From contig NC_082710.1 of assembly GCF_030144855.1 (NCBI RefSeq), forward strand, positions 152,892,001-152,956,000: a stretch of DNA of 64,000 bases, given 5' to 3'. Source of the DNA: Hypanus sabinus. Taxonomy: Eukaryota. Made by a program: the position numbers and the translations under genes. Below are positions 24,660 through 37,345 of the stretch, one piece after another (within the stretch, counting starts at the first letter, position 1; every line of letters begins with the position of its first letter). The notes beneath the pieces were generated by a model. That model was not told the origin of the DNA. It made no database searches and worked only from the letters and a program-made list of their open reading frames with translations.

Positions 24660-26737
24660 ATCAAAAGCTCACAGTAAATATTATTATTAAAGTACATATA
24701 TATAACTATCTACAAATAACCCTGAGATTCATTGTCCTGCAGGATAATTCATCAAATCTATAGAATAGTAACTGCAACAGGATCAGTGAAAGATCAACAG
24801 GGTGCAGAAAACTAGAAACTGTTCAAAAGCAAATACAAATAAATAATGAGAACATGAGATAACAAGATAAAGTGTCCTTAAATTGAGATAATTGTTTGTG
24901 GGAACAACTCAATGGATGGGCATGCAGTACAGATATCACTTTTGTTCAGGAGTCTGGTGGTTGAAGTGTAGTAACTAATCTTGAAACTTGTGGTGCATGT
25001 CCTGAGGCTCTTGTCCCTTCTACCTGATGGCAGCAAAAAAAGAGCATGGGTGATGGTGATCGTTGATGGCTAATGCCTTCCTTTGACAGTGTTCCATGTA
25101 GATGTACTCAATGGATGGGAGGCTTTACCCTTAATGTAATCGGTCGAATCCACTACCTTTTGGATGATTTTCTGTTCAACAGCATTGGTGTTTTTATACC
25201 AGGCTATGATGCAGCCAGTCAATAACTGTCAACTACAGATCTATTGAAGTTTGTTAAAGGTTTAGATGACATGTCAAATCTTCACAGACTCCTTAGGAAG
25301 TAGAGGTGCTGCTGTGCTTATTTCACAATTGCACTTACTTGCTGAGTCCAGGACAGATCCTCTAAAATAGTAACACCCAGGAATTTAAAGTTGCTAATCC
25401 TCTCATGTGGACTGGCTCATGGACTTCTGGCTTCCCTCTTCTGATATCTTCAATCAGTTCCTTGGTCTTGCTGACAACGAGAGAGAGGTTGTTGTTATGA
25501 TACCACTCAGCCAAATTTTTAGTCTCCCTCCTGTATGCTAATACTTCACCACCTTTGATGCAGCGCTCAACAGTGGCATCATCAGCAAATTTGAATATTG
25601 CATTGGATCTGTGCTTGGCCTCACAGTCATAGGTGTACAGTGAGTACAGCAGGGGACTCAGCACAGAGCCCTGTGATGCACCTCTGCTGATGATGATTAT
25701 GGAAAAGATTGTGTTGCTTATCTGAACTGACTGGGATCTGTCAGGATGCTGAAGCAGAGACTCAATTGAGGACCCAGTACCGTGCAGATTGTGATATTTA
25801 TTGAGTAACAAATCCAGAGGGGCAACAAATTCAGCATTCAAGTTCAGGCAGAGATCAAAAAATCCAGAGAAATCCAAAAATCAGAATCAGGAAACAGGCA
25901 TTCAATACTCAAAAGGACAGAGTTTAGATATGAATGCTGGAAAGGCTCAGGAAAGCTGACTGGCACAATCTGGCAAAACACAGGACTAAAATACAGAGAG
26001 CAATAAACAGAGAGGCAGATAATAACTGGAGCACAATGAGTCACAAGTTGCAGTAATACAGGTAATAATGAGAAACAGGTGAGGAGCAGAGTAATCAGTG
26101 ATACAGGGGCCAGAGCTGAACAGGGGCAGGGACAGGAGCATATGGCATTACAAAAACACAATGATGGCTAGGGGGAAACACAAAAAAAGACTGAGTTCAA
26201 CAGGGGTCTGCAAGAAAGGCAATACTGGATCCAGTTGAGGATAAGATCTTGGAGCTTATTGATTAGTTTTGAGGGGATTCTAGCATTGAAAGCAGATCTG
26301 TAGTCCATAATGAGGATCTTGTTGTATGCATCTTTGCTGTCCAGATGTTCTAGGATTGTGTGAAGAGCCAATGAGATGCATCTGCTGTAGATCTGTTGCT
26401 CTGATAGGCAAATTAGAGTGGATCCAAGTCACCTTTCACTCAGGAACTGATATTTTTCATCTGCAGCCTCTGAAACCATTCATCACTGTGGATGTAAGTG
26501 CAACATTGGGGCAGGTCACTATGCTGTTCTTGGGCACCTGTAAAATTGAAGCCTACTTGAAGCATTGGGTACCATATACTTCTGACGTGAGAGGTTAAAG
26601 ATCTCAGAGAACACACCAGCCATTTGGTCGCCACAGGTTTTTGGTATAATGCCAGGTATCCTGTCTGATCAGATCTGGATGCTTTCTGCAGATTCACCCT
26701 CCTGAAAGCAGCTTGCACTTCAGCTTCAGATGCTGAT
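24660..26737 (-). mobile_element. Rex1/Babar LINE RT region, interrupted by a solo LTR
   Basis: ORFs 26168-26371 (ALHTILEHLDSKDAYNKILIMDYRSAFN) and 25362-25877 (GASQGSVLSPLLYSLYTYDC..IFKFADDAT..NNNLSLVVSKTKELI). Confidence 0.85.
25790..26165. mobile_element. Solo-LTR-like insertion within the Rex1 element
   Basis: Non-coding purine-rich block that interrupts the Rex1 RT between ..NWIQYCLSCRP and ..PDRSQSVQI; ends near ..catatggcattaca. Confidence 0.45.
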
Positions 26738-27790
26738 TGTCACCATGGTTCAGATACGGCCCAAGTGCAGAGTGAAAGACACCGGAATGGTTCAATATTG
26801 CACAAAACTTTAATGCGAGCAGTGTTCAAGGGAAAATAAAAAATAAAGCTAGGCCAAACTGGGCTATTAGCTAAAACTCTTAAACAGAAAACAAAGCCCA
26901 CACTGTGGCTGAAAAAAAAACTTCTAATTATTAAACGAATACTGCAAGTCGTCAGAGTCAGTTGACTCCACAGTCCAATTTCTCAGGCAAGGCTGATGCA
27001 GAACAAAAGTGAAGCATTACTGTACCCTATCCGAGTCTAGACAAGCACTACGATGACAGGTATGCTGTTAAGTACTGTTACGATTAAATAATAATTAGCT
27101 GACACGCGCAAATTCACAAGTTCCATTGCCATATCTACTGCGCTGCCGAATCCGTGGCTGTGACAGAGCCACCCACTCTAGGCGCAGCCGCTGAGACGCC
27201 ACAGACCAGTGTGCGCTGAAAGTCTCGGATCAGCGACTTTTCCAAGATGTCCTTTGCCGGGATCCAAGTACATTCTTCTGGGCCCTACCCTTCCCAGTCC
27301 AAAAGGTACTGGACCTGACCACGTACCCGGCGAGATGCCAGGAGGCGCCACACAGTATAGACATGGGAACTGTCTACGATGCGGGGAGGAGGGGGTGGAG
27401 TGATAGGGGCCAGGAGAGAGGTAGTAACCAACTTGAGATGGGAAACATGGAATACTGGGTGGATCATCAGTGATGCTGGAAGACACAATCTATAGGACAC
27501 ATTATTTACAGCCTTTTCCACTACAAACTGTCCCATGTAGCGTGCTGCCAATTTCCGGTTTTCAACATTCTGGGGAAGATCCCTTAATGTCAACCAGACC
27601 TTCTCTCCAGGCTTGAATGCCTCACCTGTCGACGGAGCTGATCAGCCTGCCGGGAAAGCTGTTTCTGGGCGTGCAGCAGAGAAGCCCTGGCTCGTCCCCA
27701 GGTGCGTTTGTAGCGCTGGATCAGCTGTTCAGCAGCAGGAACTCCTACGTCGATCTCCTGATCAGGGAAGAGCAGGGGTCTGTTCCTGTG
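26738..27790 (-). mobile_element. Chromoviral Gypsy retrotransposon 3' end: integrase C-terminus, chromodomain, PPT and 3' LTR
   Basis: Minus strand: GVPAAEQLIQRYKRTWGRARASLL..RKLAARYMGQF..YRLCLP..IHPVFHVSHLK..YTVWRLLASRRVRGQVQYLLDWEG; purine tract agagtgggtgg; LTR 26738-27165 with TGTCAC...GTGACA ends (428 bp). Confidence 0.85.
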
Positions 27791-30239
27791 CTGTACAATG
27801 TTCTAAGCTTCTCTTCATTCACATTTTCTCAGGTACTAATATGACAAATTCCAGTTTGAGGCTGATATCTCACAAAGGCAAGACAATTATTATTTCCAAC
27901 AAGGGAGAATTGAGCTACCTGTCTTTGACATTGAACACTTTATCTTTGTTGAATTCTTCACCACAAGTACCTTGGCTGTAGTCATGTAACACAGTCCTGC
28001 ATAGAATGGTATCTAAATCCCCCTAGCATTTCCAATGCCTAGATTGATAGCAAGTGTACTGTATGAGTGAAAACTCTGAACACAATACCAACACAATGAC
28101 TGTGCTATTACAAAACCTTAGCACTATCCTGCCCAGTTGATCAGTGTCATGTCTGCCATCTATCACTCCTGTAGCACCAATAGAATGGAGCTGCAGTAGA
28201 TCTTGTCAACAGATTCTGCTACAACACTCTGAAGGCCACCAATAATGTAACAGGAGTGGTTGTCAGGCTGGGTTTGAACCAGGGTTGTTATGAAGTTCTG
28301 TGTCTTTAGTCTGTGAACTACCAGGAGAAACTTAGATTTGTGGACCCAAATGCAGAGAAGACCAGAATTGAGGATGGAATTGAACAAAGAATCTACATTT
28401 GTGGTTTGGTTAGCAGAGAACACGGGCTAGGAATCGAGAATCACTTCTCAAAAGGTAGGTAAATTCCAGACTGATCAAAGATGAACAGAACAAAGGAACT
28501 TAAAGACAAACAAAGCAAGACACAGATGCACAGATAACTAAAGCAGGACATGGAAATAATCAGCTAATAATCAGGGCAGCAGGAACTTTTTGCTTTCTGT
28601 CATCTTGTCTACTATTTTTGGTTTCTCCCTCTCTCTCCCTCTTCCCATAGTGTTCACAGTGTATCTTGGTTGATATGGCTGTTTCTGCTGTTTTTGTTTG
28701 CTCTCTCACAGCTGGATGGACAGCATTCCCTTACAGTGTGGGACTTACTGCATGTTCGAATTGATTGTCCCTTGCACATTCCATATCAGATATACAGAGA
28801 AGCTGTGACATTGATCCCAATGCTTCAAAACAGTTGGAGAGTTTTGGTATCACATGAAAAACTGAATTGTAAAAACAAGAGTAATAATCTTACGGTGTTA
28901 GTAACTATCAGAGAGCACTGCTGGAGACAGTGAAGTGTTGTGTGGAGGCCTTAGTGGACATGCATTGTGGGGTTATAAACACTTTGCTGTTGTCCTTCAA
29001 TCCACAAATAACAAACACATGGGATGTTAATTACCTTTCTCAGCCTGGCAAAGTGTTACATCCAGCAGCATCGGGGTCAGACCTAGGTTCACCCCAGTGT
29101 TGGTCTCTGTCATCAGACTCTCTCCATTGTCAGGCTGTCGGCTGTATCCTGGATTCCACAGTGTCAGGGTCTGTTCCAGACTCTCCCCTCATGCCGTGAA
29201 TTCTCCATCGTGTCAGACTGTGACTCCAGAAACACCCCTGTCAGGCTTTCTCATCATTCATCCCTCAAAGTTGGGCTTCCCCCCATGTTAGACTCCAAAT
29301 CTGGACCTTTCCCAATGACAGATTCTCTGTCTGGATGCTCCCAGTATTGGACACTATCCTGAGATTCTTCACAGTCTGCATGATATCCCCAGGATATTTC
29401 TGTATTAGTGATTTTTTTATTATTGCTGTGTCATTATTTTTTCTGATTACTGCGGAATTAACTTCGACTGTTCAGGAACCAAAAGGTCTGTGTAGATAGC
29501 CTAAAGGGAACCTATTAGTTGCTCTTCAGTTGGAAATGTACTGTGTGGTGTTGTGGCTTTAGTACTGTTAGAATCTTCACAGACAGGCAGAGGACCTTGT
29601 GCACCCAAGTGATCTATCACAGTCTATAACCAGCTTGTGAAGTTTCTTTTTTGTCATTTATTGTCATTGTATTTATTGTCATTGCACATAGAGTTGTTTG
29701 TTTTGATGGTAAATATGAACAAAATCTAATATTTACAAGTGAATATATATGTCATAACAGCTTTCATTTTATTAATGAGCATAATGGATTTAATGTACTG
29801 TTCTACTATGTTATTTTTAGAACAAAGGCAATTTATTATTTTTATTTTTATTTTATTATTTATTATTACCAGATGCACCAAGTTACAGTGAAAAACTTCA
29901 TTCTGACTTCAAGACCACATGAATAGTGATTTGGCAGGCTCACTGAAAGTTTCATGCTTGTAACATTGTAGCATTGAAAATTATAGCATTGAAAATTTTA
30001 GTTCAGATGTTGTTAGTTTCTGATGTTACAATATGGCCTAAAAGCTTTACCTGAAACCATTCAGGGCAATTTGTTACCTTCAAGCCCAGAGTGTACGAGT
30101 ACAGGGATGTGAGAGTGACCATTGCAAGCAGATACCACTCCCGTGTAAAAGGGCCAAGCCCAGGAATCACTTCTGAAATTGTAATGGATGAAAAATGTGA
30201 CGTATGTAACTGATTAAGGCACCATGGGTGTGTAGCTTT

Positions 30240-30480
30240 AAGCATGGTGCTATTACAGCTCTGGGCTTCAGGTATCAGAGCTCTTGTCTGTAAGGAGTTT
30301 TTACATTCTCCTCATGACCATGTGGGTTTCCTCCCACAGTGCAGACATACCAATTAGTGGGTTAATTGGTCATTGTAAATTGTCCTGTAATTAGGCTAGT
30401 GTTAAATAGATGGGTTGTCTGGCGGCACAGCTCGTTGGGCCAGAAGGGCCTGTTCTGCACTGTATCTCTAAATAAATAGA
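30240..30480 (+). mobile_element. V-SINE-type tRNA-derived SINE with CR1-like tail
   Basis: gtgggtttcctcccacag..ttaattggtcattgtaaattgtcc central domain; tail gaagggcctgttctgcactgtatctctaaataaata. Confidence 0.65.
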
Positions 30481-30894
30481 TCTGGAAAGGGAAAATTTTT
30501 ATGGGATAGAAAGGGATAACTCTCATTTCATCACAATAAAATAGTGTAAAGCAAACTTGATGCATCCTGGGTGTTACAAGAAAGCCCTTTCTCAGAAAGT
30601 GAAATTGATGAATGATAAATCTTAGTCCATTGTTATTAAAGGATGGAAGTCTGTTCAGTTTCTAAAAGTGTAACAGGAACAGTAGTTTGGGAAAAATTAG
30701 TACGTTATAGTCAATAAACACTCAATACATACACCAAGTGGACACGCAATCTCAGTTTTCTTTTGTACTGGATAATAATTTTTTTCAGAGCTCATGAGAA
30801 TGAGAATTGTAATTAATAGCATGCAGAAATTGAATCATTGTACTGATTAAAAATATATGGTAGAGAAAGAAAATGTAGCATCAGTTATTTATTT

Positions 30895-31100
30895 ACTGTA
30901 TTTATTTATTTAGTGATACAGCATGGAACAGGCCCTTTTGGCCTTTGGGCCACACTGTTCCAGCAATCCCCAACCAACCAGATTAACTCCACGCATTCCA
31001 CAGAGATCATTACAGATCGGCGCCAGAATTGAACTCTGAACTCCAGAGTACTTTGGCTGTAATAGCATTACTCTAACTGCTCTGCTATCATGGCACCTGC
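30895..31100 (-). mobile_element. V-SINE-type SINE, internally deleted
   Basis: Reverse complement shows a tRNA-like head (gttcagagttcaattctggcgcc) and the same tail as the copy at 30240-30480. Confidence 0.55.
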
Positions 31101-32224
31101 ATACATTTTAATATCTTCCTAATCAGAATCAGCAAAGTGTTGGACAGAAAAGTAATTTGATTGTTTTTTCATGGCAATGTTTGTGGTCTTGTGATGAAGG
31201 AACAGACATGAAGTAGCGCAGCCTCCCTCAAGGATATACAAATCAAGTAGCAAAAGTATTCAAGCAATCCACAATCAGTTGACAAGATCAGTTGATAGCC
31301 CAAGTACGGCACATGTTGAAAGATACCATTGGCCTTTTATTGAGATACTACTACCTGTATATGTGCTAAAGTGAAGTAACAGAAAATGCAAAAGTCTAGG
31401 TCATATTTGCACTGAAAACTGTGTTCTTAATATGTTACATTGCTTACAAATCACCAGATGAAAAGGTTAAATAGCTCAGAGGGTCTGCCCCCTGCCTCAT
31501 CCCCATAGGTTACCTCTTCTCTCCCATTCCCACCTCCCCAACTCCTCAATAAGTTGTCAATGTGCACTGGTGATCTACTGGGACCTTGGTAAATGTATAT
31601 CTGGATGGATGCAGGCGCTGAGCTTAATTTGTAATGCAGGCCCAGACATTAATTTGAACACATTGCTGCTCAGTTCAAAAATTCACAAGGGAAGCAACAC
31701 CTAGAGGGCATAGCTTTAAGTGAGAAATTTTGAATAATGAAAATAAAAGCCAATGGATATAGGCCAATGGCAAGCAAATGGAACTGGCTTAGTTGGGCAC
31801 CTTTATCGGCATGGTGAAGTTGATCTGACAGGACAATTTCTATGCTGTTTTACTCTGACTTTCAAACAAAGTATTGTTTAAATGATTGATCAAGTCATAC
31901 AGCATGGAAAAAACACTGTTCAATCCACCATTTCCACACCAATTAGTGATCACCCATCTGTATTAATCTCACCTTCCACACTTAGCCTGTAGCTTCCATA
32001 TATGGGAAATTCAAGTGTATATCTAGACACTCCTTGAGTGCTATCAATGGCTCTCTTTCCACCGCTCTCTCAGGCAGTGCATTCCAGCACTCTCTTGGTA
32101 AAACCCAGTACAGTATTCCTCACATCCTAAGCTAGCAACAAAGTAAATTGCCTTAGTGATGGGTAAGCAGTTCTGATCGGTTATTTCAGTCCTGGGAGCT
32201 CAGTAAACAAATGATCCCAGTATT

Positions 32225-32525
32225 ATCATATAACCATATAACAAACACAGCACAGAAACAGGCCATCTTGGTCCTCCTAGTCCGTGCCGAACCCTTAATC
32301 TCACCTAGTCCCACCTACCCGCACTCAGCCCATAACCCTCCACTCCTTTCCTGTCCATATACCTATCCAATTTTACCTTAAATGACACAACTGAACTGGC
32401 CTCTACTACTTCTACAGGAAGCTCATTCCACACAGCTATCACTCTTTGAGTAAAGAAATAACCCCTCGTGTTTCCCTTAAACTTCTGCCCCCTAACTCTC
32501 AAATCATGTCCTCTAGTTTGAATCA
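32225..32525 (-). mobile_element. CR1 3' end, well preserved
   Basis: ORF 32305-32502 RGQKFKGNTRGYFFTQRVIAVWNELPVEVVEA..FKVKLDRYMD; ggttatat tail. Confidence 0.8.
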
Positions 32526-33099
32526 GTGCAAAGACATTGTGTTCTTGATGGTCTGAAGCTACACAGTGGCTGAGAAGGTGGTCACTCTACACCTTGTCAA
32601 CAGTGGACCTGTAATTCTCTAGGTACTGATATCCACAAGCACAGGAAACCAAAATCCAAAGTTAAGAACAAAGTTTGACTTATCTGCAGACCAGGCCAAA
32701 GGCAAATGCCTTAAGCTCTCTGCACTTTGGTGAAAAGACTTGCTCCTAACCCAGTGTTTACAATGGTAATGTCCATAAATTCTGGTTTGTGTACTCATGA
32801 ATCAGTATGGGCATTTAACCAGGCTTACTCTGTGTCCTCTTAGAAAGAGGCAGCATGGAAGCAGGTCTCTCACCACACCATTCATGAGCATTGGACACCT
32901 ACTTTACGCTAATCTATTTTACTGATCTCCATGTACCTGTCCATGAGTCTCTTAAAAGACCCTATCATATCCACTTCCACCACTGTCGCCAGCAGCCCAT
33001 TCCATGTACTCACCATTCTCTGTGTAAAAAAACTTACCCCTGACATCTCTGTACCCACTTCCAGCACCTGAAAACTGTGCCCTCTTGTGTTAGCCATTT

Positions 33100-33550
33100 C
33101 AGCCCTGGGGAAAAGGGATCATTAGAGTAAATTTCTCCTTCCTCTTCAAAACTCCTCAACTTATAATCACAGACTCTATCCACGAAGGGATGGGGTAGGG
33201 GGGTTTCAGCAATCCTACAGTTAAAATTCGCCCAGATCTCCAAAACTTTCCAGTGAATGAATTGGGAAATAGACTATTCCCAGGCTGAGGAGGTAACGTA
33301 CTCTTCCACTCACTGACAACAGGACACTGTGTGGAGAATGGATTACTCTCAGTGTGGAATTCTTGCTGCCAATTCCAGGACAGGTTCTCCCAAGACAAGT
33401 ACAACAGGCCACTTGGGAACAATAGGAGGAAGAGAATGGGAGAATGAAATAATCAAGAGGTGTGGAGTGGGTTTAGGAGGAACTGGCTGGATCAGGAAGA
33501 GAGACAACAAGAAGCAGGAGGAAGCAGATTGTCTTAACTGAGGAAAGGTA
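33100..33550 (+). mobile_element. L1 ORF2 C-terminal fragment
   Basis: Frameshifted WGKGIIRV..FQQLQLKF..EWENEI, resembling the post-RT region of vertebrate L1. Confidence 0.4.
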
Positions 33551-33769
33551 AGAAAAACTTTCCATTAATTTAATTAAGATGGTAACTATGATTCTAATAA
33601 TGTGTGTTCAACTTTTTTGATTTCTATAATTAAACAGTCAATAATCCAGCACCCTTAGATTTTTGGTGGTATCAGACCAACGGATATTCCAGAGTATTGG
33701 ATATTACTCCTGTCAGCTCCTAAACACATGTTTTCACATGTTACACATGGGATAATACATTTTCCAGTG

Positions 33770-34560
33770 ATCCCAAGGAGTTTATAGGCAATAGGACATG
33801 GAGACTGGAGAGAGTACATGACAGGTCTGCAGGATGCTGCCTGGACTAGAGGCTATGAACTTCAAGGAAAGGTTAGATAATATTTTTTTTACCATAGAAC
33901 ATGAAAGACTGAGGTGAGAACTGATTGAGATGTTGAAACTTATGAGAGGAATAGACAGGTTGGACAGTCAGAATCTATTCCCGAGGGTAGGAATGTCAAA
34001 CACGAAAGAGCACACTTTCAAGGTTAGAGGAGAGAATCTTTTTACAGAGAGTGGTAGGTACTTGGTGATCAGAGATAGTAGATAAATTAAGTAGTTTGAT
34101 GGGGTTTACAGACTTTTAGGTAGGCACGATATGAAGGGAATGGGTAATATACCGGAGGAGGGCATTTAGTATGAATTAGCATTAAGATCAGCACAACTTC
34201 ATGGAATGAACGACTTATCCACTGTTCTATGCATACAGTCAGTCCGGGACCTTGTTCCAAGCAGAAACCAAACCTGGTTATGATATAAGAACATAAGAAA
34301 TGAGAGTAGGAGTAGGCCATCTGGCCCATCAAGTCTGCCCAGCCATTCAAAAAGATCATGGCTGATTTGTCTGTAAACTCAGCTCCATCTACCTGCCTTT
34401 TCCCCATAACCCTTACTTCCCTTACTATGTAAAAACCTATCTAACTGTTTCTTTGATATATTTAGTGAAGAAGCCACAACTGCTTCCCTGGGCAGATAAC
34501 TCCACAGATACACCGCTCTCTGGGAAAAACTGTTTCTCCTCATCTCCATCCTAAATCTTC
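33770..34560. mobile_element. Tail-to-tail CR1 3' fragments
   Basis: 33770-34260 (+) and 34285-34560 (-; RRFRMEMRRNSFSQRAVYLW..KKQLDRFLHSKG). Confidence 0.6.
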
Positions 34561-34799
34561 TTTGGATATTGGGGACGGGCATCAGTGGAAGCTGTGGAGA
34601 GAATTTGTTTCAATCCAAGTGAAATTGAACTTCAACATGACAGGCTGTAGGGCAAGCCAATTAACAACTAAGGGGTAGGATTAATGATTGGGTACAGGGG
34701 GGTGGCAGTGCAGCCAATACTAAGGCTCAGTGAGCAAGGACTAAAGTTCTTTCTGCTATCTCACATGGAGGAGCAGCTTAAATTCTTCTATTTGATGTC

Positions 34800-35530
34800 T
34801 CTTTTTTACCTTTTCACGGTGGCTGGGGTTCTGTTGGAGTCTGTGATCTACAGCTATACTCAAACGATGGCTCTTTATGGCAGTGGGTTCCTGTTTCTGC
34901 AGCTCACCAATCAGCCGTTTTTGATATCTCCAGGACTGGCTTGAAAGACATGGGGCTTCGGGGTGTGACCTCAAGGGGCTGATGTGGACTTAATTCTTTC
35001 CTGGTTTCAGCAACTGAGGCATCACAGGAGAACAACTGATGGAACATCGTGACACCAGGTTCAGCTGTTGGAGGCCTCTGCATTCTCTGTCTCTTTCATT
35101 GGAGAAACTTGGAATAAAAGCGACAGTGCAGTTTGTAACATCGTAACAGTGAGTTGTTTGTTGGTCTCCAATCTCTCTGTGGAAAGAGTGCCATCTCTCT
35201 TTCTCCCTTGTTAGTGAGAAAGAGAGAGTCTGTGCCATGTCATATTGTTGGGAAAACAATGGTTTTTGTTGGACTGCAAATCATGGTCTCACTTTGGGGG
35301 CTTGTTTTTGCTTGCTTGGCAGGTGGTGGGTATTGATGTTTCCTGCTGTAACAAGTGGGGCAAGGGGGAGAGAGCAGGGTTGATGCTTTGCTGCTGCATG
35401 TGAATGGCCTTTGGTGTTCTACCATTTTTGTGTTATTCATACTTTGGGGTTTTCTTGTTTCGTGGATGTTGGTGAAGAGTAAGTATTTCAGGTTGTATAC
35501 TGTATACATTCTCTGATATTAAATGAGCCA
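34800..35530 (+). repeat. Unclassified interspersed repeat; related ends recur at ~37690-37770, ~38040-38290 and ~62130-62420
   Basis: Shared terminal motif gtgaagagtaag.atttcaggttgta.actgtatacattctctg.tattaaatga recurs in the window. Confidence 0.5.
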
Positions 35531-37159
35531 TTTATTTTTTAAAGAAAGCTTCCCTGCTGACTGTGCAGCTCACCAAGGTACAACAATCCTGTTGGGAAAA
35601 ATATCTACCTACAGCTTTTTGGTTTCTCTCACTGAAGCTTCAAAGCTAAAACCTCAAAATCCCCACTCCAACTATCCACTCAAACGAAGGCTACTCCACT
35701 TGCTCCTGCCTTCATTTAATTTGTTCTTACCAATCAATGCTGATCACTGATTGGCCATTGCTCAAAACACCAAACTGCCACGTGTCAGTGCTTCATGTAC
35801 TCAATTGGCAAACTTAAGAGAAGCTACATCTGCTCAGGCTCCTAACTCTGCTGGAAATATTCGAGATCATTCAGTACATGTGGAGAAAGAAAAAATGTAT
35901 AGTTTCAGCAGAGCTGAAGTAAAAAAGAAAAGTTAGGGAGAAAGATAAAGCATACAAAGCAGCTCGCCCCAATGACAGTTTGTATCTGTTCACTGACTGT
36001 GCAAAGCTCCTCCTTCAGTACCCCACAACTTCTCCCTGCCCCTCCACAGTTCACGGCCCCACTGACAGTGTAGTACCCCCCCCCCACATATCCGAGGGTG
36101 TCACACTACCACCCCCGTTTGACCACACCACAGTCTCAGATTAGATTACTTTACTTGAATTGGTAATGATTACATTACTACGGACAGAGCTACTGATCCT
36201 TGAATCTCACACTGACAATTGGTTAAAAAGCTTGACAGATCTTCTGTGCTTTGATCTCCAGTGGAAAAGAAGATGAGAGGGCGAAGACTCGGGCAAAGAG
36301 TGAAAAAATATAGAATATAGGACCATAGATATAGGATCAGAATTAGCCTATTTTGCCCTTCTGGACTGCCCCATCATCAAATCGTGGCTGATTATTTTCT
36401 GAACTCCATTCACACTTCTTCTACCCAAAACCCTTCACCTCTTTATCAATCGAGGACCTATCAATCTCTGCCTAAAATACCCGAACAAATTTGCTTTCAC
36501 AGCCCTTAGTGGAAACAAATTCCACAGATTCAGGCTGAAAAAATTCCTCCTCATTCCAGTATTAAAAAGAAGTCCCTTTATTCAGAAGTGTGCCCTCAGA
36601 TCCTAGACTCTCCTGCTGATAAAAATATCTTTCCCGTGTTCACTCAATCCAGACCTTTCAGTACCCAGCTGATTTCAGTGAGATCCCACCCCCCCAACCC
36701 ATCCTTCTGAATTTCACTCAGTACAAGCCAATAGAGATCAAGCACTTCTCATATATTGAGGAGAGAAGGAAGAATATGAGGAATGAGGAAGAAAAGACAA
36801 GAGCAGGTGGTCAGAATTGGTTTTGAACCCAAGTAATATAATCATTAGTTACTAACGAAGGTCTAATCTGAGACTGTGACTGTGACTGAGACTGTGGTGT
36901 GGTCAAAGGGAGGGTGGTAGAAGGGAGTACCACACTGTCAGTGTGGCCATAAACTGTGGAGGGGCAAAGAAAAATTGTGGAGTACTGAAAGAGGGTCATT
37001 GCGCAGTCAGTAGGCAGATACCATCTGTCGTCGGGGCAATGCGCTTTGTTAGCTCTGGGGGATGAAATAAAGAAATGGCAGTCCATCAGCAATCAGTTGC
37101 AGCACAATGGCAGGAAGTAGTTCAGAGGAACACAATATGTGTTTTTCAAAATTAGAAAA

Positions 37160-37345
37160 GTAAGTTCATTATATACTACAAGTATCACATTAAATGAGAA
37201 GAGTAGGGAACAGCCACTTCAAATAGGTAAAGAGGGGCTGCATCCTCATACACACCATATACTTGTGATACACAGTCTCTTTCAGCCCACAGAAGTGACA
37301 AACAGCTTGGAAACCTATTACAGAGCTCTCTGTGTCAACATTGGG
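37160..37345 (-). mobile_element. Tx1-like LINE zinc-knuckle fragment (also ~44783-44968, ~52005-52190, ~59230-59410)
   Basis: Minus strand HRELCNRF..VCHFCGLKETVYHKYMVCMRMQPLFTYLK..PTLLI matches the Tx1 ORF2 C-terminal CCHC region. Confidence 0.65.

Noticed and set aside
27613-27981. Plus-strand ORFs (122 and 75 aa) that look like host protein
   Set aside because: They are the antisense of the chromovirus integrase C-terminus.
27919-27996. 78-nt minus-strand candidate exon (DYSQGTCGEEF, reminiscent of YLEGTCVEW)
   Set aside because: Weak donor (GTAGCT), far too short for alpha2, and no upstream alpha2 motifs.
33150-33420. Apparent MHC alpha2 fragments (GGFQQSY, TLCGEWIT) on the plus strand
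   Set aside because: Motifs lie in different frames with stops; WGKGIIRV and FQQLQLKF fit an L1 ORF2 remnant better.
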